Below, piece by piece: positions 27,914 to 36,285 of a DNA stretch of 41,762 bases (positions are counted from its first letter, which is position 1; every line of letters begins with the position of its first letter). A program made the translations under genes and the position numbers. The stretch comes from Gemmatimonadota bacterium (GTDB taxonomy: Bacteria > Gemmatimonadota > Gemmatimonadetes > Palauibacterales > KS3-K002). Below the pieces are notes generated by a model. That model was not told the DNA's origin. It searched no databases and worked only from the letters and a program-made list of their open reading frames with translations. Where the stretch lies: assembly GCA_039586795.1 (NCBI GenBank), contig JBDHJS010000053.1, positions 1 through 41,762 on the forward strand, written 5' to 3'.

Positions 27914-29122
27914 TCAATTGCCTGCGGCCAAGCGTCTCAGATAGACGGTGAGGTCTCTCATTTCCGTCCCCTCGAACCGGGGCCAGTCTACCTGTTCGAG
28001 TTGAATGACCGTGTACATCGCGGGAGCGTGGTTCCACATTGCCGTCGCGAGCTTCAAGGGCGCGAGTATCGCATCAGACTCAGAAAGATCGGGCCCGAGC
28101 GAGCTTCCACCTTCAAGCGCGTGACAGTTGGAACAGCCCTTCTCTCTAAAGACCACCTCACCCGCGTCTGCGTCGCCTCCAGTATCGTAGAACCGCAAGT
28201 AGTAGAGAAACGCAATGACGTCTGCCATCTCGCTGCCCTGAAACCGTGGGAAAGCAATTCCCCGGGCCTGCATAGCCGATGCCATCTGCGATGAATGATT
28301 CCACAGCGTGCCGGCAATCTCGGAGACACGTAGCCGTTGGGTCGCTCTGTGCAGATCCGGTCCGTACGCAGTGCCGCTGCCGCTGGATCCGTGGCAGTTC
28401 GAGCACCCTCTGTCACGGAATAACTCTCGACCGGAGTTGGGGTCGGGCGGCTCGAGAAGGAGGACGTCGCGACCTTGGAGATTCGAACTCTGTCGGATGT
28501 AGGCTTGGATATCGGCGATCTCGCGCCCACCGAACGTGGGGATTGGAACACGCTGTGCGGATTGTTGCGCCTGCATGGCGGGCCCGTTGTTCCACATGCC
28601 TTCCGCCAGCATGATGGGGGCGATATAGCGAGCATAGTCGTCGAGGGGCCGACCCGTTCGGCCGCCCTCGCCGCCAACCGAGTGGCATTCAACGCAAAGC
28701 TTCTCGCGGAACCACCGTTCGCCCAATAGCGGATCCCCTGGCTCGTCGAACAACTTCACGTAGTAGATGTAGCTGATGATGTCAGCGAGCTCGGCCTCGG
28801 TGAATGTCGACCATTGAAACCCCCGGTCTCGGACGGTTTGAATCATCCGAGGCGTGTGGTTCCAGAACATACCCGCTAGTTGCTGCAGACTGCGCCCAGC
28901 ACCGACTAGGGCAAAATCAGGACCGAGCGTACCCCCGTTGCCCCAGATCGCGTGACAACGACCGCAGCCTCGCTCCACAAAGATCCGACGCCCGGCGATG
29001 GGGTCGCCGAGGAGCGATAGCTCGGATTGAGCGTGCGCAATGTCGACTCCCGCCACTAGAACGCAGCAAAGCATGCCAACACAGGATATCACCGACATCC
29101 GTTTGACAGGTGAGTTGCCCAT
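27914..29122 (-). CDS. Periplasmic tetraheme cytochrome c, paralog of 26585-27802
   Basis: Signal peptide (AHA-QS); CGRCH, CVECH, CSNCH and CSNCH in the same repeat architecture; start overlaps the NrfD stop (TGATG). Confidence 0.9.
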   Translation of the reverse strand: MGNSPVKRMSVISCVGMLCCVLVAGVDIAHAQSELSLLGDPIAGRRIFVERGCGRCHAIWGNGGTLGPDFALVGAGRSLQQLAGMFWNHTPRMIQTVRDRGFQWSTFTEAELADIISYIYYVKLFDEPGDPLLGERWFREKLCVECHSVGGEGGRTGRPLDDYARYIAPIMLAEGMWNNGPAMQAQQSAQRVPIPTFGGREIADIQAYIRQSSNLQGRDVLLLEPPDPNSGRELFRDRGCSNCHGSSGSGTAYGPDLHRATQRLRVSEIAGTLWNHSSQMASAMQARGIAFPRFQGSEMADVIAFLYYLRFYDTGGDADAGEVVFREKGCSNCHALEGGSSLGPDLSESDAILAPLKLATAMWNHAPAMYTVIQLEQVDWPRFEGTEMRDLTVYLRRLAAGN

Positions 29123-30492
29123 CACGCTTCCTCCGCGGCCGCCGCAAACGCGTCGTCGGGCAGGTACTCGGCAACGCGTTCAGCAGTTTCGCGCACAGAC
29201 TGTTCTCGCCCTTCCTTGATTTCCCAGATCGAGACAATTGGGACGAACTTGGTCGCGATCATGTACAGTAGGATGAATCCTGAAAAGGTTGCCGCCATAA
29301 TTGACAACTCGACCCACGACGGGAGGTAGTTTCCGATCGACTCGATCTCCCAACGCGGGTTCACAGATGTCGGAACCACGATGTTGAACCGCTCCAGCCA
29401 CATGCCAATCATCACTGCGATTCCGGCGATCAGAGTTCCCCGAGGCGTTCTCATCGATTGCCGCGACATCAGTGCGAGCGGTATGAAAAAACAACCCAGG
29501 ACCATAGCCCAGAAGGGGATCGCGAAGGGCCCGGTCAACTTCGCCCAGAATGCGCGCATCTCCCCAGGCTCCCCACCGTAGAATGCCGTCAGGTACTCGG
29601 CGAAGGTGAAATAGAACCAGAGCAAGCTAAACAGAAGGAGCAGGCGGCCGAGGTAGTCGAAGTGGATGAGTTTAAAGTACTGTTGCAGACCGAATGCTCG
29701 TCGCAGCACGACCATGGCAACCAGAATAGCCGCAATGCCCGAGTAGATCGCGCCCATGACGAAGTAAGGTCCAAAGATGGTGCTGTGCCACATGGGGCGG
29801 AGCGTCATGGCGAAAATCCAACCGATCACCGTGTGGACGGAAACCGCTATCGGGATCACAATGATCGAGAGAACACCAATCACTCGCTCGAGCCGCGCAC
29901 GCTGCGCCGGCGTATCGCGGTAGCCGGCTGCCAGAAACCGGTACAGGCGTGGCGCCTTTATACCCGAGTCTCGAATCACCGCTAGGTCGGGCAACAAGGG
30001 GACGTAGAGATAGATTGTACACGCTGTGAAATAGAGACTGATGCTTATGACATCCCAGAGGAGCGGCGACAGCATTTGGGCGTGCACGACTACGTTCATC
30101 ACCCTGTCGGGTCGGCCGAGGTCAAGTATCGGTTGAATGGCGCCGAAGCCGATGACCAGGACTGTGATCAATTCCGCGGAGCGAGTAATCGAACGTCTCC
30201 ACTCCGCCTTGCTGACTCGGAGGATGGCGGAGATCAAAGTCCCGGCGTGACTTATCCCAATGAAAAAGACGAAGCAGATGATGTAGATACCCCAATAGCT
30301 GGGGCGATTCAGGCCGGTCCGGCCAAGCCCGTAGCGAACCTGCACGTAGTACGAGAAGATCCCCCAGATCGTGATCGCCGCGAGCAACGTCGCAACGACG
30401 TAGAAACCACGCGACGTATCGACCAGCGGCCTGAGAAGGACCTGCTCGTCGGCCGACATGCGTGCAAGTCTTTGTTTCACGTCTTGGCGCAT
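29122..30492 (-). CDS. nrfD: NrfD/PsrC family quinone-interacting membrane subunit (ActC/QrcD-like)
   Basis: About 10 TM segments; WGIYIICFVFFIGISHAGTLISAIL, WRRSITRSAE, DLGRP, SPLLWD, SVHTV, WHSTIFGPYFV.GAIYSG, GMWLERF, KFVPIVSIWE. Confidence 0.92.
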   Translation of the reverse strand: MRQDVKQRLARMSADEQVLLRPLVDTSRGFYVVATLLAAITIWGIFSYYVQVRYGLGRTGLNRPSYWGIYIICFVFFIGISHAGTLISAILRVSKAEWRRSITRSAELITVLVIGFGAIQPILDLGRPDRVMNVVVHAQMLSPLLWDVISISLYFTACTIYLYVPLLPDLAVIRDSGIKAPRLYRFLAAGYRDTPAQRARLERVIGVLSIIVIPIAVSVHTVIGWIFAMTLRPMWHSTIFGPYFVMGAIYSGIAAILVAMVVLRRAFGLQQYFKLIHFDYLGRLLLLFSLLWFYFTFAEYLTAFYGGEPGEMRAFWAKLTGPFAIPFWAMVLGCFFIPLALMSRQSMRTPRGTLIAGIAVMIGMWLERFNIVVPTSVNPRWEIESIGNYLPSWVELSIMAATFSGFILLYMIATKFVPIVSIWEIKEGREQSVRETAERVAEYLPDDAFAAAAEEA

Positions 30493-30493
30493 C

Positions 30494-31177
30494 TCATTCT
30501 CTCGGTCGCAGGTAGTAGACTTTCGGCTGCGTTCCTAAGTCCTCCATCAAGCGCATCGCTCGGGGGTCCTCTTTTAAATCGGCGACCCTGTGACTCGGGT
30601 TATCGAGGTCGCCGAAGACAATCGCACCAGTAGGGCAGACATCGGCACAGGCAGGCTGATAATCCTCCTCACGCAGCTCGCGGTCCTCGGCGCGGGCATC
30701 TTCGCGTGCTTTCTGAAGTCGATGATGACAGAGTGTGCATTTCTCTATGACACCCTTTGACCGTACCGACACGTCCGGGTTCAGGTGCTGCCGCTCGGTA
30801 TCGGACCATTGAGGTCCGTACCAGTTGAAGTATTTGACCATGTATGGGCAGGCGTTGGCGCAGTACCGGCAACCGATGCAGCGCGGATAGATCTGGCCCA
30901 CTATGCCTTCGCCATCGATGTAGGTCGCCTGGACAGGGCAAACCCTGATGCACGGCGGGTTGTCGCAGTGCATACAAGGGCGAGGGTAGAAGTGCATCGT
31001 CGTATCTGGAAACTCTCCTTCCAACTCCGCCATTACCCTCATCCAACTCATCGCACGACCTGCATCCGCCTGCTCGGGCGAGACAGTGGAGATGTTGTTC
31101 TCGCTCTTGCACGCTACCTCGCACGCCGCGCAGCCAGTGCAGCGGTCCAGGTCGATCACCATTCCCCAGCGCGCCAT
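30494..31177 (-). CDS. 4Fe-4S dicluster electron-transfer subunit (QrcC/ActB2/PsrB/NrfC-like)
   Basis: Start MARWGMVIDLDRC at 31177; CTGCAACEVAC, CMHCDNPPCIRVCP, CIGCRYCANACP, KCTLC...CADVCP give 16 Cys. Confidence 0.93.
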   Translation of the reverse strand: MARWGMVIDLDRCTGCAACEVACKSENNISTVSPEQADAGRAMSWMRVMAELEGEFPDTTMHFYPRPCMHCDNPPCIRVCPVQATYIDGEGIVGQIYPRCIGCRYCANACPYMVKYFNWYGPQWSDTERQHLNPDVSVRSKGVIEKCTLCHHRLQKAREDARAEDRELREEDYQPACADVCPTGAIVFGDLDNPSHRVADLKEDPRAMRLMEDLGTQPKVYYLRPRE

Positions 31178-31191
31178 AGCCTCGTGCCCCC

Positions 31192-33552
31192 TCACGCTCT
31201 TTCGAGGCGAACAAACGTGGAAGACCAGGCTGGAAGTCCCGTCAGTTCGTCGTGCGTGTCGTCGAGCAATTGGAGTGGATTTGCCGGCTCCCCATCGGGG
31301 TGACGGGGTCCGTACGGCGCACAAACCGTCTCCGGTGCCGTGCCGAGAGACAGCTTGAGGCGCGCTCGATACCGACCACGCGATGATACGACCCATACCA
31401 TCGTGTCGTCTCCGAATCCCAGGGCGCCTGCTGTCTCCGGCGCCACCTCGATCCAGGGGACCCAATGGACCTCGGGGAAGATGGCCGGTTGCTCAACGAG
31501 CCATCGCTCGAGACCCAGAGTGCCTGAGGCGAGAGTGGATACGCGATAGGGTATGAGCCGCAACGGAAAACCTTCCGAGTTCGCTTCCTCGTCGTCCGCG
31601 ACGTCGACGTAGAGCCCTCGCGGCGGTTGCTCCTCGTCCAGATGGCGCAACAATTCCGCCGGCATGAGTTCGATCCGGCCGCTGTCCGTTTGGGAAAGGC
31701 GGAGAGGATCCGTTTCATCGTAGAACAGATCAGTCCAGCCGCCGCGCTCGATCAACTCCTCCCAGAACGATTCGAAATCGGCATGCTCGGCCAGCCACCA
31801 GCCGCGCTCCTCCATCTGACGATGGTGCCTCCGCTCGAACTCGTTGCCCAGCGTCATGCCGTGGCGGACCGAGAAGAGACCGCGAGCCCTTTCTCTGAGG
31901 AGCTCTAGGAAGCTTTCGTGCGGCAGGCTGTCGCTGACACTGCCGCCCAGACTGCGAGCGAGCGCCAGTACGGTGTCTCCGGCGTGCGCCGCGCCCGCTG
32001 GCGGCTCCACCAACGGCTGGGCCAGCCCCCAGACCGGATACGGGTAAGAGATCGGTGTCGGCGCGTCCTGCCAGCGCTCGTACGCCAGCAGATCGGGCAG
32101 AATCACGTCCACGTAGCTCGCGGTCTCGTCGGGAAATGGTGAGAAGCTGACCACGAACGGGATCTTCTCGAGCGCTTCGCGCCATACAGATGGGTTCGTC
32201 GACGAAGCGATCGGGTTCGCGTAGTAGAGTAACAACGCCTCCACCGATGCTTCCCCACTGGCTACGGCCTCTGCGAAACGGGTTGTATCCCTATTTCCGC
32301 CGAACGAAGGCAGGGGAGCGCCGATCGGTTCGCGACCGAGGCCAGCTCGTCCTGTGTCGTCCAATACAGGTGGCGGCAAAGGTTTGATCGGGGCATCATC
32401 CCCAAAAAGCACCCCTCCCGGTCGGTTGATGTTTCCCGTTAGCACGTTCAGGCTGTGCACGGCCAAGCCTGCAAGCAGCCCATTCGGTGCGAACGTGACG
32501 TCTGTTCCGCAAACGGCGACAGCCGGGCGATCCGTAGCGGCGAACGCCCTGGCAAGTGAGGTGATCCGCTCAACAGGCACTCCTGTTATCGCGGAAACCT
32601 CCTCGGTTCGGTAGTTGCTCGTCACTAGCGATCGATAGCCCGCGCGGAACTGGCCTTTCGCATCAACGAAGTCCTCGAAGCCGCTAACGTGTCTTGCCAC
32701 GAAGTCGGCGTCGAACAATTCGTCCCTTATCAGTACGTAGGAGATTCCCAGGGCGAGCACGGCATGGGTTCCCGGCCGCACGCCGACCCATTCGTGGGCG
32801 CGCGCAGCCGTACGAGAGAAGCGTGTGTCGACCTGGATGAAGCGTGGGCGTGTTGCCCCATCATCATCGGGGCTCGCGAAGGCCACGAACGCTTGGAGCG
32901 GAGACCACCAGGACTCGAACAGCGGAGCGCCGAACGAAAGCACCAGCCGGGCACGGTCCAGGTCGTAGCTGGGTCGACGCCGGATGCCGTGCATGAGCCC
33001 CATGACCGCGTCGGTCCCGTCATCGTACTCATCGGTCACGTGGTTCGGCGATCCGAAGGAGCTCATAAACTGATGCCAAAGGTCGCGCATAGTGCCGGCG
33101 CTGTATCCAGCCACCAGCGCCAGCGCCTCAGGCCGCCCGCCGGCCCTGAGCGATTGAAGGTGCTCGCTGACGCGCGACACAGCCGCCTCGGGCGTAGCGG
33201 TCTCCCACTGGTCGGCGCCGCGAGGGCCGGCGCGCACCAAGGGCGCGGTGAGCCGATCCGGGTGGTAGAGCATCTGCACCCCGGCGATGCCGCGAGGACA
33301 GAGGCCACCGCGGCTCAGAGGGTGCAGCGGATTGCCGTCAATCCTGACAAGGCGTCCGTCAACCAAGCGGCCTCTTGTGCCGCAACGCGAGGGGCAGATC
33401 AAGCAGGCGGAATTGCGTCGGTCTTCGATCCCGGGCGCCCACCCGGCCTCCGGTTCTTCCGATGTCCAAAGAACGTCCTGCGTCCCCGTCAGCGCTACCG
33501 TAGCTGCGGCAGCACCCATCGTCCACACGAACTCGCGCCGCGTGGGGCTCAT
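31192..33552 (-). CDS. Tat-exported molybdopterin oxidoreductase-family subunit (QrcB/ActB1-like)
   Basis: Tat motif TRREFV; C-x2-C-x3-C-x27-C; YHPDRLTAPLVR, FGSPN, DTRFSRTAARA.EW...RPGT, GNINRPGG, DVILP; C-terminal dinucleotide-binding-like barrel. SD GAGGAGG. Confidence 0.9.
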   Translation of the reverse strand: MSPTRREFVWTMGAAAATVALTGTQDVLWTSEEPEAGWAPGIEDRRNSACLICPSRCGTRGRLVDGRLVRIDGNPLHPLSRGGLCPRGIAGVQMLYHPDRLTAPLVRAGPRGADQWETATPEAAVSRVSEHLQSLRAGGRPEALALVAGYSAGTMRDLWHQFMSSFGSPNHVTDEYDDGTDAVMGLMHGIRRRPSYDLDRARLVLSFGAPLFESWWSPLQAFVAFASPDDDGATRPRFIQVDTRFSRTAARAHEWVGVRPGTHAVLALGISYVLIRDELFDADFVARHVSGFEDFVDAKGQFRAGYRSLVTSNYRTEEVSAITGVPVERITSLARAFAATDRPAVAVCGTDVTFAPNGLLAGLAVHSLNVLTGNINRPGGVLFGDDAPIKPLPPPVLDDTGRAGLGREPIGAPLPSFGGNRDTTRFAEAVASGEASVEALLLYYANPIASSTNPSVWREALEKIPFVVSFSPFPDETASYVDVILPDLLAYERWQDAPTPISYPYPVWGLAQPLVEPPAGAAHAGDTVLALARSLGGSVSDSLPHESFLELLRERARGLFSVRHGMTLGNEFERRHHRQMEERGWWLAEHADFESFWEELIERGGWTDLFYDETDPLRLSQTDSGRIELMPAELLRHLDEEQPPRGLYVDVADDEEANSEGFPLRLIPYRVSTLASGTLGLERWLVEQPAIFPEVHWVPWIEVAPETAGALGFGDDTMVWVVSSRGRYRARLKLSLGTAPETVCAPYGPRHPDGEPANPLQLLDDTHDELTGLPAWSSTFVRLERA

Positions 33553-33568
33553 TCAGCTCCTCCTCGGA

Positions 33569-34117
33569 CTAGCGGTGGCAAGCGTTGCAGTCCAGTGTCT
33601 GTCCCGCGTCGCGGTGGCAATCCATGCAGAAATCCATATCGATCTTCACCAACGCTCGGTCGGGCGGACGTTCGGTCTCGGCGATATTGCCGTGGCAGAT
33701 GTAGCACTCTAGTTCAGCAATCCCCACATGGCGGCGGTGCGTGTAGAAGACGTGGGGTGCAAGTCGGAACAGCTTGTTGAAGATGAGCGGGTCGCCTTGC
33801 TCTATCAGCGTAGTGACGCGAGCTGCCTCGGCCGACGTGCCTTGCGGGGTGGTGTGGCACATCCTGCAGGTTCGCGCACCCGGTAAACCGGCGTGGGCGC
33901 CGTCCTTCAGGTACGCATGACAGAATTCGCAGTTGAGCTTGAGATCCTCCGTATGCTTCAAGTGGTTGAACGCCACCGGTTGTGGGACCGGCGGGGCGCC
34001 CTGCGCAATCAGAGTGAAGCCAATCGCTACCGTCAGTACGATCGCGAGCGTTAAGACGCCCCACCGGGCACCTGCAAACCCGCCCCGGTCTGTGCTGTCA
34101 CTCAGCCTCTTCACCAT
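33569..34117 (-). CDS. Membrane-anchored pentaheme cytochrome c (QrcA/ActA-like, c3-type)
   Basis: One N-terminal TM helix; QPVAFNHLKH, CEFCH, CRMCH, HVFYTHRRH, CYICH, MDFCMDCH, CNACHR. Confidence 0.93.
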   Translation of the reverse strand: MVKRLSDSTDRGGFAGARWGVLTLAIVLTVAIGFTLIAQGAPPVPQPVAFNHLKHTEDLKLNCEFCHAYLKDGAHAGLPGARTCRMCHTTPQGTSAEAARVTTLIEQGDPLIFNKLFRLAPHVFYTHRRHVGIAELECYICHGNIAETERPPDRALVKIDMDFCMDCHRDAGQTLDCNACHR

Positions 34118-34310
34118 CTCTAGATCTCAGTTTCGTATTCGCAGTCGACAACACGTCGGTTCGGATCTGGCGTACGAGCGATGCTGAAGAAAGACTCGAG
34201 GTAGCCGTTGGCTACCGGAAGTGGCCGGCCGAGGAGCGTGCCATCGTCTTGTGTCGACGAGTCTCTGGAGGCTTATAACGCTCCTCAGCCTTGCCGGATT
34301 GCTTCTACCC

Positions 34311-35990
34311 TTAGGGATCCGGGTATGTGGTCGTATTCGTTAGCGCCAGGTACAGATCCAGAATGTCAGCGATGTCGGTTAGTAAGCTCCCCATGGACGT
34401 GCCCGGCTGTCCGAACTTGACCTTGTGCTGCACTTCGTACGGCTTCGCTCGGAGGAAGCTTCCCACCGAGAAGCTCCCGTCCACTAGGATTTGCCTACCG
34501 TCCGAGCCGTGACAGGCAGCACAGTTGGCTGTGTAAATCGCATCACCATCCCCAGCGTTACCACCCGCGCCGATGTTCGAGTAAGTAATCGAACCAGACG
34601 GGTAGTTCCCGGAGGTGACGAAGTCGTAAAGGAGATCGGTGTCTAGCGCCTCCTCCTTCAGGAACTTCACCAGATCCCAGACCTGCTCCTCCGTCATGAT
34701 GTCACTCAGGTCTGGCATCTGGTCGCCGACCGTTGAGTTCGTCACCGGATCGTAGGTGGAGAGATCCGCGCTCACCGGACGCCGACCGGTGGACGTCCAC
34801 AAGGCGTCGAACAGTTCCTGCTCGTTCATCGCCGCCGTGGCCGTCTTCAGGTTCAGCGAGGACACGTTGGGCCGCGTTGTGCTCGGCGCGCGGCCGATAT
34901 ACGAAGCCGCGTTGCCCAATCGGTCCCACGCGTGGCACTGCTTGCAGCGGAAGAAGTTCGAGTAGGTGTTGAACGTCGCCAGGTTGGGATCGCTCTGGTC
35001 CCAGCCCGTCTCTGGCGTCCAGAACTTGTCGTACATCGTCCCGCCGTTGATGCCGCTCGCCAACTCGAAAGCTGGATCCGGATACATCGTCTCATCTGTC
35101 AATGCAGCGTAGAGATCCAGTATGTCGTTGATGTCCGTCACCAGGCTCCCCATGGACGTGCCCGGTTGTCCGAACTTCACCTTGTGCTGTACTTCGTACG
35201 GCTTCGATCGCAGGAAGCTGCCCACAGTGTATTCACCGTCTACCACGATCGCCCGCCCGTCGGTGCCGTGGCAGCCGGCGCAGTCGGCTGCGTATATCGC
35301 GTCGCCGTTGGTGGCGTCGCCGCCCATACCGATATTCGAGTAAGTGACTGACCCGGTGGGGTACGTTCCGGTGGTCGAGACGTCATAGAGCAGTTCAGTA
35401 TCGTTCGCCTCTTCTTTCAGGAACTTCACGAGATCCCAGATCTGCTCGTCCGTCATGATCTCACTCAGGTCCGGCATCTGATCGCCAACGGTCGAGTTCG
35501 TGGCCGGGTCATACGTCGACAGATCCGCACTCACCGAACGCCGTCCGGCTGAGCTCGAGAGCGCGTCGAACAGTTCCTGCGGCGTGTGATGCTCTGAGTG
35601 CTCAATGAGATCAACAGAGGACACGTTCGGCCGCGTTGTGCTCGGCGCCCGGCCGATGTACGACGCTGCGTTACCCAGCCGGTCCCATGCGTGGCATTGC
35701 TTGCAACGGAAGAAGTTCGAGAAGTTGTTAAAGGTCGCCAGGTTCGGATCGCTCTGATTCCACCCCGTCTCCGATGTCCAGAACTTGTCGTACATCGTGC
35801 CACCATTGATGCCATCGGCGGCCGTGAACTCGGGCGGGTCATCCGGTGGACCTGTCGTCTCATCGTCGTCGCACGCAGCCGCGCCGACGACTAGGAGAGC
35901 TACAAGCGCCAGCGCTAGGGTCTTGTAGCTTGGGATGGCCATAGCTCCCACACCCCGTGCGTCGCGAGACCACCGCAATCGATTGAACAT
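34311..35990 (-). CDS. Tetraheme cytochrome c lipoprotein made of two tandem diheme modules
   Basis: SD AAGGAGG before ATG 35990 (alternative ATG 35942); lipobox AAAC; CKQCH, CAGCH, CKQCH, CAACH. Confidence 0.9.
   Translation of the reverse strand: MFNRLRWSRDARGVGAMAIPSYKTLALALVALLVVGAAACDDDETTGPPDDPPEFTAADGINGGTMYDKFWTSETGWNQSDPNLATFNNFSNFFRCKQCHAWDRLGNAASYIGRAPSTTRPNVSSVDLIEHSEHHTPQELFDALSSSAGRRSVSADLSTYDPATNSTVGDQMPDLSEIMTDEQIWDLVKFLKEEANDTELLYDVSTTGTYPTGSVTYSNIGMGGDATNGDAIYAADCAGCHGTDGRAIVVDGEYTVGSFLRSKPYEVQHKVKFGQPGTSMGSLVTDINDILDLYAALTDETMYPDPAFELASGINGGTMYDKFWTPETGWDQSDPNLATFNTYSNFFRCKQCHAWDRLGNAASYIGRAPSTTRPNVSSLNLKTATAAMNEQELFDALWTSTGRRPVSADLSTYDPVTNSTVGDQMPDLSDIMTEEQVWDLVKFLKEEALDTDLLYDFVTSGNYPSGSITYSNIGAGGNAGDGDAIYTANCAACHGSDGRQILVDGSFSVGSFLRAKPYEVQHKVKFGQPGTSMGSLLTDIADILDLYLALTNTTTYPDP
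34314..35831 (-). repeat. Intragenic tandem duplication, 2 x 759 bp (253 aa)
   Basis: Unit 1 is 35073-35831 (EFTAADGINGG...YPDP) and unit 2 is 34314-35072 (AFELASGINGG...YPDP). Gap-free alignment; about 55/253 aa differences by hand count (~78% identity). Confidence 0.92.
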
Positions 35991-36078
35991 GTCCGCTCCT
36001 CCTTTTGGTAGGCTGCTGCAACCATCGAGATCCGATTTCGGCCAGGCGGGGGGTTGGGGCCTGCCGCGGGTTAGGGAG

Positions 36079-36095
36079 AGCAGGTCTCGTACCAG
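36079..36095 (-). promoter_or_regulatory. Sigma-54 (-24/-12) promoter for the cytochrome operon
   Basis: Minus strand CTGGTACG-AGAC-CTGCT with exact GG-N10-GC spacing, ~90 bp upstream of ATG 35990; adjacent AT-rich IHF-like tract at 36101-36137. Confidence 0.7.
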
Positions 36096-36167
36096 TCTTC
36101 CATAAACTGTAACTCATTATAGGGTAGCAATTTATAGGACTTGGTCGCGAGTGGGCCTGGGCTCTAC

Positions 36168-36206
36168 AGGGGCAAATCCCCCACCTTGAGTGGGGGATTT
36201 CACCCG
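36168..36206. promoter_or_regulatory. Paired upstream activating sequences for a sigma-54 enhancer-binding protein
   Basis: AGGGGCAAATCCCCCA (36168-36183) and TGGGGGATTTCACCCG (36191-36206), inverted and 23 bp apart; they contain a perfect 11-bp inverted repeat AAATCCCCCAC-N5-GTGGGGGATTT. Confidence 0.62.
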
Positions 36207-36269
36207 CTCGCTGGCCTCCAAGCATCGCTCGTGGGCCGGTAAAGCCTTATTATTCGGCTGGTCCCTCGA

Positions 36270-36285
36270 CGGTACCGTTCTTGCC
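36270..36285 (+). promoter_or_regulatory. Sigma-54 (-24/-12) promoter for the two-component operon
   Basis: CGGTACC-GTTC-TTGCC with exact GG-N10-GC spacing and canonical TTGC, upstream of the receiver gene. Confidence 0.55.

Noticed and set aside
27465..27914. ORF starting at a TGATG overlap after the first tetraheme (MRPRDSTG...)
   Set aside because: It runs ~340 bp out of frame into the next cytochrome gene, which has its own SD and signal peptide, and it has no recognisable features. Probably chance, though the coupling-like start is noted.
31192..33552. Specific call as polysulfide, nitrate, arsenate, tetrathionate or DMSO reductase, or formate dehydrogenase
   Set aside because: No recognisable metal-ligand motif, no in-frame TGA (Sec) and no maturation chaperone; the context fits Qrc/Act-like subunits.
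34228..34243. TGGCACG-CTCC-TCGGC (minus) as an internal sigma-54 promoter for the pentaheme gene
   Set aside because: Perfect -24 element, but the -12 reads GG instead of GC at the required spacing; it also forms part of a stem.
34314..35831. Long direct repeat as a CRISPR array or mobile-element repeat
   Set aside because: In-frame coding duplication with many synonymous and conservative changes; no spacers and no transposase.
26585..35990. Porin-cytochrome (MtrAB/PioAB-type) conduit or anammox/hydroxylamine enzyme call
   Set aside because: No beta-barrel gene and no decaheme or octaheme protein in the window; extracellular electron transfer remains only a hypothesis.
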